The position numbers and the translations under genes were made by a program. From assembly GCA_965217865.1 (NCBI GenBank), contig CBDCJO010000002.1:4032001-4096000 (forward strand): 64,000 nucleotides of DNA, written 5' to 3'. This DNA comes from Candidatus Latescibacterota bacterium. GTDB lineage: Bacteria; Latescibacterota; UBA2968; SICM01. This document shows positions 29,914 through 41,988 of this stretch, one piece after another. Position 1 is the stretch's first letter. The number at the start of each line of letters is the position of its first letter. The notes beneath the pieces are model-generated. The model saw nothing but the letters and a program-made list of their open reading frames with translations, did not search any database and was not told the origin of the DNA.

Positions 29914-31164
29914 ATGCCATATCAGGTTAAAGACATCAATTTGCACGATCAAGGCCTTAGGAACATCGAGTGGGCGGAAAAGCAGATGGGGGCTCTTGTG
30001 GCGGTGCGGAAACGGTTCGAGGAAGAAAAACCGTTGAAAGGATATCGCGTCGGGATGGCCTTACACGTGACTAAAGAGACAGCCGTGCTCGTGAAGACCC
30101 TCCGGGCAGGTGGGGCGGACGTGGCCATCACTTCGTGCAACCCGTTGTCCACCCAAGACGATGTGGCCGCAGCACTGGCTTACGAGGATATCGCGGTGTA
30201 TGGGCATAAAGGGGAATCCCGGGAGGATTACTTCAAGTTTCTGAATGAAATCATCGCGTTCCGGCCGCACGTAACGATCGACGATGGATGTGACCTGGTT
30301 TCGGAGATCCACACCAAGCATCACGATCTGCTAGAAGATATTGCATTCGGATGTGAAGAGACGACCACCGGGGTCATCAGACTCCGCGCGATGGAGAAGG
30401 ACAACGCCCTCAAGTACCCGATGATCGCCGTGAATGACTGCAACACCAAGCACCTGATGGATAACTTCTACGGAACGGGTCAATCCGCTCTGGACGGCGT
30501 CATTCGCGCCTCGAACCTGCTGATAAGCGGAAAAACCCTCGTTGTTTCGGGGTATGGGAACTGTGGAAAGGGCGTGGCTTCCCGCGGCCGGGGGCTGGGT
30601 GCTGAAGTCGTCGTGACCGAGGTGGACCCGTTCCGCGCGCTCCAGGCGAGGATGGACGGGTTCCGCGTGATGCCGATGGACCAGGTCGTCGGGATAGGCG
30701 ATCTGTTTGTGACTGTGACAGGCGGGAAACACGCGGTTTCAGCCCAGCACGTGGAAAGAATGAAAGACGGCGCCGTTCTGGCGAATGCGGGACACTTCGA
30801 CATTGAGATAGACGTGGCGGGGATCGAGAAGCTCGCAACACGAAAGCGGGAGGTGAGGCCGCTTTTTGAGGAGTACACGATCGGGAATCGGGCAGTCTAT
30901 CTTTGCGGGGAGGGGCGGCTGGTTAATCTCGCCTGCGCGGAAGGGCATCCTTCGACGGTGATGGCGTTATCCTTCTGCGACCAGGCCATGGGCGTGGAAT
31001 ACGGAGTGAAACACTACCGCGACATGGAACCCAAGGTTTATCGACTGCCGGACGAGATCGATCAGGAAGTTGCCCGTTTGCAGCTGAAGGCGATGGACGT
31101 TAATATCGATGAACTGACCGAAGAGCAGGAAGCGTATCTGGGTTCGTGGAAAGAGGGGACATAG
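29914..31164 (+). CDS. ahcY: Adenosylhomocysteinase
   Basis: SCNPLSTQD, EETTTG, GYGNCGKG, GRLVNL, GHP. Confidence 0.97.
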   Translation: MPYQVKDINLHDQGLRNIEWAEKQMGALVAVRKRFEEEKPLKGYRVGMALHVTKETAVLVKTLRAGGADVAITSCNPLSTQDDVAAALAYEDIAVYGHKGESREDYFKFLNEIIAFRPHVTIDDGCDLVSEIHTKHHDLLEDIAFGCEETTTGVIRLRAMEKDNALKYPMIAVNDCNTKHLMDNFYGTGQSALDGVIRASNLLISGKTLVVSGYGNCGKGVASRGRGLGAEVVVTEVDPFRALQARMDGFRVMPMDQVVGIGDLFVTVTGGKHAVSAQHVERMKDGAVLANAGHFDIEIDVAGIEKLATRKREVRPLFEEYTIGNRAVYLCGEGRLVNLACAEGHPSTVMALSFCDQAMGVEYGVKHYRDMEPKVYRLPDEIDQEVARLQLKAMDVNIDELTEEQEAYLGSWKEGT

Positions 31165-31179
31165 AGGCCGGACTCCCCA

Positions 31180-31566
31180 TCACCTGTTTTTACCTGCCGG
31201 CGGTATCCGCGGCAGTCGTGCGGCGGAAATCCCCCATACCAGACAATTGGCCCCCAAAAAGGCAATCGCATAGACCGTCGGGATTCCGGGTGTCGTTGCT
31301 GTGAAGTAGGTGCCCAGGGAAACCAAAGCCAGTATGAATATGCCGGCCAACACTCGCCCGGATTTCCTGAAGATGGCCTCCCTTCTTTCTTGCCGAACCC
31401 GTTTCGCGTGGAGTTTAATGTGGCGGGTTAACTGTTTATTGGCCGGCGGTCCGACAAATACAAGCTTATTTTTACATCCCGGGCATTTCATACGGAGTGT
31501 GCGATCGACCAGTTTTTCTTTCGCAACCCGATAGGTCGCTCCGCATTTATCACACTGAATGATCAT
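31180..31566 (-). CDS. Zinc-ribbon (MJ0042-like finger) membrane protein
   Basis: CDKC..CPGC N-terminus, two hydrophobic segments. Confidence 0.75.
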   Translation of the reverse strand: MIIQCDKCGATYRVAKEKLVDRTLRMKCPGCKNKLVFVGPPANKQLTRHIKLHAKRVRQERREAIFRKSGRVLAGIFILALVSLGTYFTATTPGIPTVYAIAFLGANCLVWGISAARLPRIPPAGKNR

Positions 31567-31670
31567 AAGTCAGCCTGCCCGTGGAACGGCTCAAAGGTTC
31601 CTCAACGGCGTTGACTTTCTTAGGAAGCTCAGGAAAAGGATCGGCGAGGGAGACGGGGGAACGGAGTTTT

Positions 31671-31886
31671 TTAGATAGCGTGGTTGATGATCAAGCCGTA
31701 GAGCCCGTTTGCGGGACCATAACCGTCCCTTACCAACTGGCGTAGGTGATTGAGCACCTCATCCCGATCATCGTTGTTCGACAGGTCGTATCCGACGGAT
31801 CGCAGATGGCCGTCGACCCGGTTCGTCCGGGAGGTCGATTCAAAGATACGAATTCGAAAATCCTGGGTAGAGACGATTTTCGTCAT
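31671..31886 (-). CDS. Small hypothetical protein
   Basis: 71-aa ORF with GGGGG SD-like sequence; upstream TTGACA-17-TATATT at 32033-32061 (minus strand). Confidence 0.55.
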   Translation of the reverse strand: MTKIVSTQDFRIRIFESTSRTNRVDGHLRSVGYDLSNNDDRDEVLNHLRQLVRDGYGPANGLYGLIINHAI

Positions 31887-32133
31887 CGAAAACCCCCGGC
31901 GGGACCCGGTTTAAATCAGGCGTAACTGTTTGGAATAAAAGGGATTGCGATGAAAATGAAGAGGACTCCCGGACATCCCACCCCTAGCATGTGCCGAGAG
32001 CCCCTTTTGGGCCATCCCATAGCCCTATTCTAAATATAGCCCTGGCTAATCTGTTTGTCAACGAGATTTTAAGGCTCTCAACCGATTTCCGATAGGCCTC
32101 GCGACCGAGTGGGGGCATGAACGAGGGTGAAAA

Positions 32134-32954
32134 ATGGAAGATCAGAATCAGGATACGGACTTGAAAGGTATGACGATCCTCGTCGTGGATGACGAACCCG
32201 ATGTTTGCGGGGGAATCGCGGAGTTTCTCGTGGACCACGGGTTCGACGCGGCCGTGGCGGTGGGGGGGGCGGAAGCGATTTCAATCTTGGAGGGTGCCAC
32301 GTATGATCTGGTTGTCTCGGACATCCGGATGCCCGCGCTGGACGGGATGGCGCTTTTGCGGAAGGTCAAGCACTCCTGGCCTGCCGCCCAAGTCATTTTG
32401 ATGACGGCATACGCTTCAAAAGAGACCGCTATCGAAGCCGTTCGGCTCGGAGCTTACGATTATATCGAAAAGCCGTTCGACGTCGCAGACCTGTTGAACG
32501 CGATCACGAACTGTCTCACGAGCATCGCGTTGAAGCGTCAGAATGAGCTTCTGCTTGAGCAACTTCGAGAACACCAGCGCTTCCTGGAGAAGCGGGTGGA
32601 GGAGAAGACAAACCAGGTTCTGGAGCACGAATTGCGGTTGGCCCGGGTAGAAACCCTACGGCAGCTCCTCACTACCCTGGCACATTATATCAACAACGCA
32701 AACGGGGCCATCTGGAGCTATGCGGATTTCTGCAAGGAGACCGGCAAGGAATTCAAACCCGATGGACAACGCCTCGTCGATATCTGCTTGAAGGAAGGGG
32801 GAAAGGTGACCGCCGTCATCCAGAGCCTGGAGGAGGTCGCAGAGCAGATGGACTTCAAGATGGTTCCCTATATCTCCGGGTCCGAACGCACGATGTTCGA
32901 TATCCAGGAAAGAATCGAAAAGAAAATCGCGGAGTTGGAGTCGCATAAAAACTA

Positions 32955-32955
<1 letters not shown>
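32134..32955 (+). CDS. Response regulator with coiled coil and HisKA-like C-terminus
   Basis: LVVDDE, SDIRMP, EKPF, LAHYINN; no HATPase boxes. Confidence 0.85.
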
Positions 32956-34594
<1,639 letters not shown>

Positions 34595-34692
34595 TGGATG
34601 CAGCCCAAATCGATTATGCCTCAAGAATTAAGGCATTCTGCCGATTCATGTTGTAAGGCTGCCGATCGCGGCCTTTTCGCATTCCCGCCCAA

Positions 34693-34724
34693 GCCCCGGA
34701 AGCTTTCTTCCGGGGCCTTTTTTT
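34693..34724 (+). terminator. Intrinsic terminator after proS
   Basis: GCCCCGGAAG-cttt-CTTCCGGGGC plus T-tract. Confidence 0.75.
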
Positions 34725-34872
34725 ATTTTTTATTCTACAAAGGCCTTCCCGGAAGTGCCCACGCGGGCAGTTGGGAAAGGGCTTGACAACCGTGGGGCTA
34801 TGTCATACATTTGGGGGCGTAACTTATTATAACCCTTAGGTATAACCCTTAGGTTTTTCGGCTCAGGTGAAT

Positions 34873-34946
34873 GCGCCCATAGCTCAATTGGATAGAGCAC
34901 CTGACTACGGATCAGAAGGTTGGGGGTTCGACTCCCTCTGGGCGCG
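34873..34946 (+). tRNA. tRNA-Arg (anticodon ACG)
   Basis: GCGCCCA/TGGGCGC acceptor stem, loop CTACGGA, GTTCGAC T-loop; CCA not encoded; TTGACA-17-TACATT upstream. Confidence 0.96.
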
Positions 34947-34960
34947 CTTTATAATGAGAT

Positions 34961-34993
34961 GGGTTACGAAAATCACTCGTAACCCTATTTTTT
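34961..34993 (+). terminator. Intrinsic terminator after tRNA-Arg
   Basis: GGGTTACGA..TCGTAACCC plus T-tract. Confidence 0.7.
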
Positions 34994-35026
34994 TGGTCCA
35001 GCGTTTACTTCATTTGGACTTCCGAT

Positions 35027-35350
35027 ATGAAGAACACGACCGATCTCAACAGCTACACCCACCTGCGGAATGAGGTACTGCATCTGCTTCAGGAAGGCAT
35101 GGACCGGGCAAAACGGGCGTTGAGCAGGAGACCCTGCGAACCTACCGGAGGATCGGGCAGCTTCTTCACGATCACATCCTGCCGCACCGGGACCGTGCCG
35201 GCTACGGGGAAGGCGTCGTGGTCCAGCTTGCCCGGGATGTCGGTATTAGCAAGAGTCTGCTGTATCAGATCCTGGCTTTCTATCGGTCTGACTCAATTTT
35301 CCACACGTGTGGAAAATTGGGTTGGAGTCACTACCGAATTCTACTGAGCT
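35027..35350 (+). pseudogene. Truncated, frameshifted DUF1016/YhcG N-terminal domain
   Basis: ..YRRIG..RAGYG..LGWSHYRILL after a frameshift at ~35119; ends where the TPR duplicate begins. Confidence 0.7.
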
Positions 35351-35534
35351 CGTCGTCCCTTCCGAAAAGGCCGAGTCCTTTCAAGGTTTCCAGGACTTGC
35401 TCAACCTGATGAAGCCTCTCCTCTCCCGAGATTGGTTCAGCCAGCGCCTCTCTGAGCAGCGCTTCATCCTGGAACTCCTGATTGCCGTTCAATTCCCGGA
35501 TCAGATCGTCGATGTCCAAGCTGTTCTCAGCCAA
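35351..35534 (-). pseudogene. 5' fragment of a third TPR paralogue
   Basis: ~220-bp near-identical direct repeat of 36594-36814, including the leader. Confidence 0.8.
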
Positions 35535-35584
35535 CCTGCTTCCTATTTCGAAGGTTCAAACCTGTGGGAAAGTATTTCTTTAAT

Positions 35585-36777
35585 CATCAAGTTCTATCCA
35601 GATTAACCACGAGACTCTCGACGTGGTCGATCCGCCATAGCGCCAAGTTTTCGAAAACCCGACAAGGCAGTCTCGAAAGAGGATCGGGCTTGGTCAACGT
35701 CTCCTTTGGCCGCATGCATCTTCCCCATGTCCCGATAGGCCTCAGCCTCAGTCTGAGGATCGTTGTATTCTTTATTCAGACGAAGGGCGTCCTGAAACAT
35801 CTGCTCTGCCTTGGACCAATCCTTCCGAAGTGTGAAAACCCTCCCCATAAGTCGATAAGCATCCCCTTCCATCTGTCGGTCTCCTAGTTTCTTGCAGAGC
35901 TTTAAACCCCGTTCACAGAGGGAGGCTGCGGTCGAGCTGTCCTCCCATTCCAGCATCATCTCCGCGCGCGCCCAGTAGATTTTTGCCATCACCTCTAAGA
36001 AACCGAATTCCTGTGCGATCCCAAACCCGCGATCGAAACAATCCATTGCCGCGTCCCAGTTTCGACTGTCGACATAGGTCATGCCCAGGTTTTGATAAGT
36101 GCCTGCCACCATTAGGTCGTTGCCCTCATTCTGATACATACTGAGACAATCCTGATACCGTTCGACTGCTTCCGCGAAGTTCCCCTGGATGGTGGCCAAA
36201 ACAGCCAGGTTATGGGTGACACCGGAGACAATCCCCGAAATTTCAGCCTGTTGGCAATGGCCAATGACTCCTCGTAAGCTCTAGTCGCCGCCTCATAGTC
36301 ACCCCTCTGGTGAGAGATGTTCCCTCGACTCAATATCACTCGCGCCTGCCAATCCGCATCACCCAATTTCTGCCATGCTCTCAAACTTCGGTCAAGGTAA
36401 TCCAGTGCCTTATCCCAACGATTCCAATGCTTGCATACTAATCCCAAACCGAATAAAAGTTCTGCAATCTTAGGTTTGTCATCAAGTCGCCCGGCAAGAT
36501 CTAATGCCGCTTGGTAAATCTTATGGGCTTTTTCCAAATGTGAGACTCGAAAGTATGTTCGACCAAGGGTCAACAGAAGGTGCAAATCTCGTTTGTCGTC
36601 CCTTCCGAAAAGGCCGAGTCCTTTCAAGGTCTCCAGGACCTGCTCAACCTGGTGAAGCCTCTCCTCACCCGGGATCGGTTCAGCCAGCGCTTCTCTGAGC
36701 AGCGCTTCATCCTGAAACTCCTGAATTCCATTCAGCTCTCGGATCAGATCATCGATATCCAAGCTGTTCTCAGCCAA
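35585..36777 (-). pseudogene. TPR protein with frameshifts at ~36243 and ~35627
   Basis: ORFs 36112-36777 and 35603-36199 join colinearly with the 36888 paralogue; shifted tail HVESLVVNLDRT matches EVEGLLVDLDKT. Confidence 0.8.
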
Positions 36778-36887
36778 CCTGCTTCCTTTTTCGAAGGTTC
36801 AAACCTGTGGGAAAGCCTGATCCCAAAAAAATAGGAGAATGTCAATAGACATCTCCCGCTTCAGATATCTTTGTATTCCTTGAAACA

Positions 36888-38084
36888 TCAGGTTTTGTCG
36901 AGATCCACGAGGAGACCTTCGACTTCAGCAACATCCCCCTTCGCCCTCAATTTCCGAAAACCGGACAAAGCAGTCTCGAAAGATGACCGGGCATCCATAA
37001 TATTCACTCTCGTCGCATGCATCTTTCCAATATCCCGGTGAATCTTTGCGCGGATAACGGGATTGGAATACTTTTCGTTAAGACGGAGAGCCTCCAGGAA
37101 CAGGCTCTTGGCAGTGGTCCACTGCTTTCGCAGGGTGAAAACCCCGCCTAGAAGCCGATACGTATCTACCTCACCCAGACGATCCCCCGTCTTCCGGTAG
37201 ATCTCCAAAGCCCGTACACAAAGAGAGGCCGCCAACGAGCTGTCCTCCCAACCCAGCATCAACTCAGCCCTGCTCCGATAGATGTTCGCCATCATACCCA
37301 GCTGCCCCTTCTCCTGCGCGATCCTGAAGGCACGCTCATAGAAATCCAGGGCCGCATCCCAGTCCCGCTTGCCTGCGTAAGTAATCCCCAAATCCAGGTA
37401 GGTTTGTCCCAGGCACCTTTCATCTTCATTTTCCTGGTACGTCGCCAAACAGGCCTGGTAGCTGATCAGCGCTCCATCGAAATCCCCCAGGATCGTTGCC
37501 AGGCCTCCCATGTGCTTGCTGGCATCGGCGACGGTCTGCCGGTCTCCCGCTCTTTCCCCTAAGTCCAACCCCCTCTCATAGGCTTCTGTTGCAGCCTGGT
37601 AGTCCCCCCTTTGCTGGAAAATAACCCCCTGAATCAACACAGCACCCGCCTCGCCACGCTCGTCTCCCAATTCCCGGTAGATCTTCAGGCTCCTTCCGAC
37701 ATATTCCTGGGCCTCTTCCCAACGGCCCCAACGAGAGAGAAGTGAACCCATCCGCCAATACAACTCGGCCCGGCAGCCATCATCTTTAAGCCGCTCGGCG
37801 AGGTCCAGCGCCTTCTCGTAGGACTCATATGCCTTCTCCAGGTGGGAGAGCCTATCGTAAGTGCGACCCAGTACCAGCAGCAGATTGAGGTTCAGTGGGT
37901 CGTCCTTTTCCAATAGGCCGATCTTTTTGAAGGTCTCCAGGACATTCTCAACCCGCCGGAGGCGCTCTTCTGCGGATACGGGTTCCGTTAACGCGGTTTC
38001 GAGAAGGTCCTCGTCCCGCACAATATCCTGAAGACTGGTCAGGTCCTGGACCAGGGCGTCCACATCCGGGCTTTCCGTCGGCAA
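36888..38084 (-). CDS. Tetratricopeptide-repeat protein (MalT-like TPR)
   Basis: ~40-aa helical repeats with LG..Y..A..Y..AL pattern; TTG start with AAGGAG. Confidence 0.88.
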   Translation of the reverse strand: MPTESPDVDALVQDLTSLQDIVRDEDLLETALTEPVSAEERLRRVENVLETFKKIGLLEKDDPLNLNLLLVLGRTYDRLSHLEKAYESYEKALDLAERLKDDGCRAELYWRMGSLLSRWGRWEEAQEYVGRSLKIYRELGDERGEAGAVLIQGVIFQQRGDYQAATEAYERGLDLGERAGDRQTVADASKHMGGLATILGDFDGALISYQACLATYQENEDERCLGQTYLDLGITYAGKRDWDAALDFYERAFRIAQEKGQLGMMANIYRSRAELMLGWEDSSLAASLCVRALEIYRKTGDRLGEVDTYRLLGGVFTLRKQWTTAKSLFLEALRLNEKYSNPVIRAKIHRDIGKMHATRVNIMDARSSFETALSGFRKLRAKGDVAEVEGLLVDLDKT

Positions 38085-38308
38085 TATCTACTCCTTAAGG
38101 TTGATTATCTCCTATTTCTTGAAACCGGGTAAAAGGAGTGTGCCGGTTAATATATATAAACCGGAATTTAGATCAAGAATTATCGCACTCGGTTGCCGTA
38201 AGGATCTTTGACCATCTTTACCGGCCAATCACGATTTGTTCTCGCTTGACCTCCGGCTTCCAGCAGGCTAAATTGGATTCCTGAATTAATTTATCCTCAA
38301 GTAAAATC

Positions 38309-39730
38309 ATGAGTGCTACGGATCATCGGCTTCATGGTGTGCCCATGTCTGTCAGCGTGATAGTCATCGATGGCAATTCCCAACTGTGCCGCCGGCTCGA
38401 AACCTTTTTAGACGGCCACGGACACCGGGTGCGGACGGCAACCTCCGGAGAAGAAGGCCTCGCGCTGTGTAGCCGGGAGATGCCTGCCCTCGTGCTCCTC
38501 GACCTGCACCTCCCTGGAATCGACGGGATGGAGACACTGCGTCGGATCAAAGAGATGGACCGCAACTGTCGCGTAGTCATGATTACGCATTATGACACCG
38601 CTCGATCCGCCGTGAAGGCTATGAAACTCGGTGCCGAAGACTACATCACCAAACCCGTCCCCCTCGAAGAGCTCCGCGCGCTCGTGGAAAAACTGGACGG
38701 GACACGGTCGAAAGATGAGTTTCTGAGAGGAAAGGGGCTCGACGAGATCGTAGGAGATAGTGCTGCGATTCACCATCTCTTCGAAATGGTCCGCCGAATC
38801 TCCAGGACCTCCGCAACCGTCCTGATCACCGGGGAGAGCGGAACGGGTAAGGAACTGGTCGCCCGGGCGATTCATCTGAACAGCGAGCGGGCAAAACGGC
38901 CGTTCCTGTCTATCAACTGTGCCTCCATCCCGGCCAACCTCCTGGAATCAGAAATGTTCGGCTATGAGAAAGGGGCGTTTACCGATGCGAAAACACAAAA
39001 AAAGGGGCTGATCGAGGTTGCGGGGTGGGGGACCCTTTTTCTGGATGAGATCGGACTGATGTCCCTTGATCTGCAGAGCAAAATACTCACGGTCCTGGAG
39101 ACCCTTCGATTCCGTCGGTTGGGGGGAATTGAGGAACGTTCAGCACACGTCCGATTTATCGCGGCAACCAATAAAGATCTTGAAAAGGCAATAAAGACCG
39201 GAGAATTCAGGGAGGACCTCTACTATCGCTTGAATGTCATCCCCATTCAACTCCCTCCCCTTCGCGAGCGACGGGATGACATCCTCCTTCTTGCCGGACA
39301 TTTTCTCGACCAGTACAGCCGTCTCCACAATATGAACAATCGGGAATTGTCCCCGGAGGCCAAAGCACTCCTGATGACATATCCCTGGTCAGGAAACGTG
39401 CGTGAGCTGAAGAATGTCCTTGAACGGGCGGTGCTTCTGTCAGACGGACCGACCATCGATGCCGCCGACCTGTTCATCTATCGCTCTCCCCATCTTGCGG
39501 AACCCATCAAGCAGGCCTCGATAGAGGTTCCTGAGACAGGCCTGATCAACATCTCCTTCCCACCATGGGGTCTCCCACTCGAGGACCTGGAACGGCAGGT
39601 GATAGAGGAGGCATTGACCCATGCGTGTGGTAATGTCTCAGGCGCGGCCAGACTCTTACACCTGAGCAGGGACACCCTTCGCTACCGAATGCATAAGCAC
39701 GGAATCAGAATCTCAATCAGTAAAAAATAA
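38309..39730 (+). CDS. Sigma54-dependent response regulator (NtrC/AtoC family)
   Basis: REC domain, GESGTGKE, GAFTDA, LDEIG, WSGNVREL, Fis-type HTH. Confidence 0.93.
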   Translation: MSATDHRLHGVPMSVSVIVIDGNSQLCRRLETFLDGHGHRVRTATSGEEGLALCSREMPALVLLDLHLPGIDGMETLRRIKEMDRNCRVVMITHYDTARSAVKAMKLGAEDYITKPVPLEELRALVEKLDGTRSKDEFLRGKGLDEIVGDSAAIHHLFEMVRRISRTSATVLITGESGTGKELVARAIHLNSERAKRPFLSINCASIPANLLESEMFGYEKGAFTDAKTQKKGLIEVAGWGTLFLDEIGLMSLDLQSKILTVLETLRFRRLGGIEERSAHVRFIAATNKDLEKAIKTGEFREDLYYRLNVIPIQLPPLRERRDDILLLAGHFLDQYSRLHNMNNRELSPEAKALLMTYPWSGNVRELKNVLERAVLLSDGPTIDAADLFIYRSPHLAEPIKQASIEVPETGLINISFPPWGLPLEDLERQVIEEALTHACGNVSGAARLLHLSRDTLRYRMHKHGIRISISKK

Positions 39731-39898
39731 TTGGGCGATATCCCCCAATTAGCGATTTCCCCCACCCATATATATCCGTTGCATGTGGATATATATCGAT
39801 CTTTTTCGATTATAATTTTAATTTATTAGACTGAAAGACAATTGGTTACATTCTTTTCGGATTTATGAGATAGCAAGATCGCCCGTCTCAAATTCAGA

Positions 39899-39914
39899 CG
39901 GCACATCCCTTGCA
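39899..39914 (+). promoter_or_regulatory. Sigma54 -24/-12 promoter
   Basis: CGGCAC-ATCCC-TTGCA (GG-N10-GC); AT-rich spacer and paired GCGAT(A/T)TCCCCCA motifs at ~39735-39763. Confidence 0.7.
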
Positions 39915-40039
39915 TCAATTTGGGGTTGGCAGGCCAAACCCTCCCCCCATTGCCTTTGCGTCTTCCTGAAAACTCAGAGCACCCATTCCCTTACGGCACA
40001 ATCTAAATAGTAGCAATATAGCAGCTTTGGAGATATGCT

Positions 40040-41041
40040 ATGCGAAGGAAGATATTGGAGGGTGACGGGATCGTTGGTCGAAGTGAGCTGATAACGACCA
40101 CTCAGCAGATGATGAATAAAATCGCTCCTTCCGATGCCACCGTCCTGATCACAGGAGAGAGCGGAACAGGCAAAGAGCTGGTCGCTCGTGCCATCCACGC
40201 CCGCAGCTCCCGAAGTGATCGCGAGTTTATACCCGTGGATTGCGGAGCTTTATGCGCCCAGATCATGGAGAGTGAACTGTTCGGACACGTCCGTGGGGCG
40301 TTCACCGGAGCCTTAGCAGAAAAACCCGGCCTGGTGGAGTCTGCCAGGGGGGGTACCCTGTTCCTGGACGAGATCGGAAATCTGGATGCGTCCCCCCAGC
40401 AGAAGATCCTCCGTTTTCTGGAATGCGGCGAGTACCGACCGCTTGGAGGGGTGACGCTTCGTCGGTCTGACGTCCGCGTCATCTCGGCCACTAATAGGGA
40501 CCTTCGTCAAGACGTTCGGGATGGGCGCTTCAGGGAGGATCTTTTCTATCGCCTGAATCACTTTCACATCTCCCTCCCGCCCCTGCGTGAACGAAAGGGG
40601 GACATCCTGCTTTTGATCGATCACTTCCTTGACAAAGTGGCAAAAAAAATTGGCCTTCCCCATCCGGAGATCGGGCCGACCACTATGGAGGCACTGATGA
40701 GTTATACTTGGCCCGGCAACATCCGGGAGCTCGCCCATACAATCGAACATATGGCCCTCATGGCCGAAGGGCCTTGCCTGGGTTATCAGGACCTGCCGGA
40801 AGACGTCCGAAACGAAGTTCCTCGCGACGGCGACCGAGACCAGGTCACTCGCCACTATCGGGAAGCCCGGAAGCAGACCCTCGACGCCTTTAACGCAGCG
40901 TATGTCTCCGGCGCCCTCCGGAGAAATTTGGGAAACGTGACTTTCGCGGCCAGGGAAAGCGGTCTCCGCAGGCAGTCGTTCCAGGGCCTGATGAAACGTT
41001 ACAGCATCCTGTCGAAGGACTTCCGGCCAAGCCTATTCTGA
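40040..41041 (+). CDS. Sigma54 activator without an N-terminal regulatory domain
   Basis: AAA+ domain starts at ~aa 10; GESGTGKE, GAFTGA, WPGNIREL, C-terminal HTH. Confidence 0.9.
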   Translation: MRRKILEGDGIVGRSELITTTQQMMNKIAPSDATVLITGESGTGKELVARAIHARSSRSDREFIPVDCGALCAQIMESELFGHVRGAFTGALAEKPGLVESARGGTLFLDEIGNLDASPQQKILRFLECGEYRPLGGVTLRRSDVRVISATNRDLRQDVRDGRFREDLFYRLNHFHISLPPLRERKGDILLLIDHFLDKVAKKIGLPHPEIGPTTMEALMSYTWPGNIRELAHTIEHMALMAEGPCLGYQDLPEDVRNEVPRDGDRDQVTRHYREARKQTLDAFNAAYVSGALRRNLGNVTFAARESGLRRQSFQGLMKRYSILSKDFRPSLF

Positions 41042-41060
41042 AACTTTCTATGGATCTCTA

Positions 41061-41745
41061 TTACCATCCCCCAGTACTGTAGGTTTCGGCCATTTCCTCA
41101 AGTAACCACTTTTCTCCATAATATTTATCATCCAACGTGTAACCAGAAAACCCCGGAACGCCTATCGTGACCGTCGTAATGGCGATCTTTTTCCCGTCGA
41201 CCTCCCGAAACGCGACCGATACCTCCTCGATCACACCTCCCGAGATATGGTAGGCCTTCAACGCATCGTAATCCAGGTGATTTCCGATCAGAACCAGCGT
41301 CAACCTGGCCGGCGGGCGGAATCCGAGTCCCTTCGGCCAGAATTCGACCCCCACATCCTCCAAGGGTGTATCCCGACGACACCCTCATGAGGATTTCCAC
41401 ACTCCCGGCACTTTCGGCGATCGACCCTTCCTCCACCTCGAACCGAGCCGACCTGACCTGGAGTTGGTTTAGACGGGCATACTGTCTGAAGTAGACCGAT
41501 AGTTTTCTTCTGGATTCCTCGGACGAATACCAGCTCGAGGCCTTCCGGGTCTGGATCCCGCCGGTGGCGGTTTTAGCCGCCCGCGGAAGACTCTTTGAGG
41601 AATCGATCGTTCTTTGCGAGAAGGTGATCCCTAGCGGTCCGTTGTTCGAAATCCCTTGTCCCTCCACCCGAACCTCAGACCTCGTCCCCGGACCCAGGGG
41701 GACTTGAGAAATGTCCCCGCAACCGACCGCCAGGGCGATTCCCAC
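41061..41745 (-). pseudogene. Putative lipoprotein, frameshift at ~41362
   Basis: Hydrophobic stretch plus LAVGC lipobox; SGYTL continues as EDVGVEFWPKGL in the other frame; start uncertain. Confidence 0.6.
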
Positions 41746-41988
41746 CGCTACAAGCCCCCCAAGGATGGGGGCAGTCCCCTGGTTTACGCGCCTTCGATCT
41801 TCAATTCCCCTGACCTCCGGTTTTGACTTTTCCCGACCCTAATCCCCGACCTCTGACCCCTGGTGAATTTAGGTCTTCTTCTGACTTCTGTATTCTCCGA
41901 CTTCTCTGACCCCTGACTTCTGACCTCTGATCCATGCCTTTGCTTTCCTGCTACTGCTACTGCCTCTTCCCTTCTCACGTCTGACGTC

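Noticed and set aside
38128-38146. Sigma54 promoter for the TPR genes (minus strand CGGCACACTCCTTTT)
   Set aside because: The -24 box is good but the -12 GC is absent; same problem for CGGCAC at ~39994
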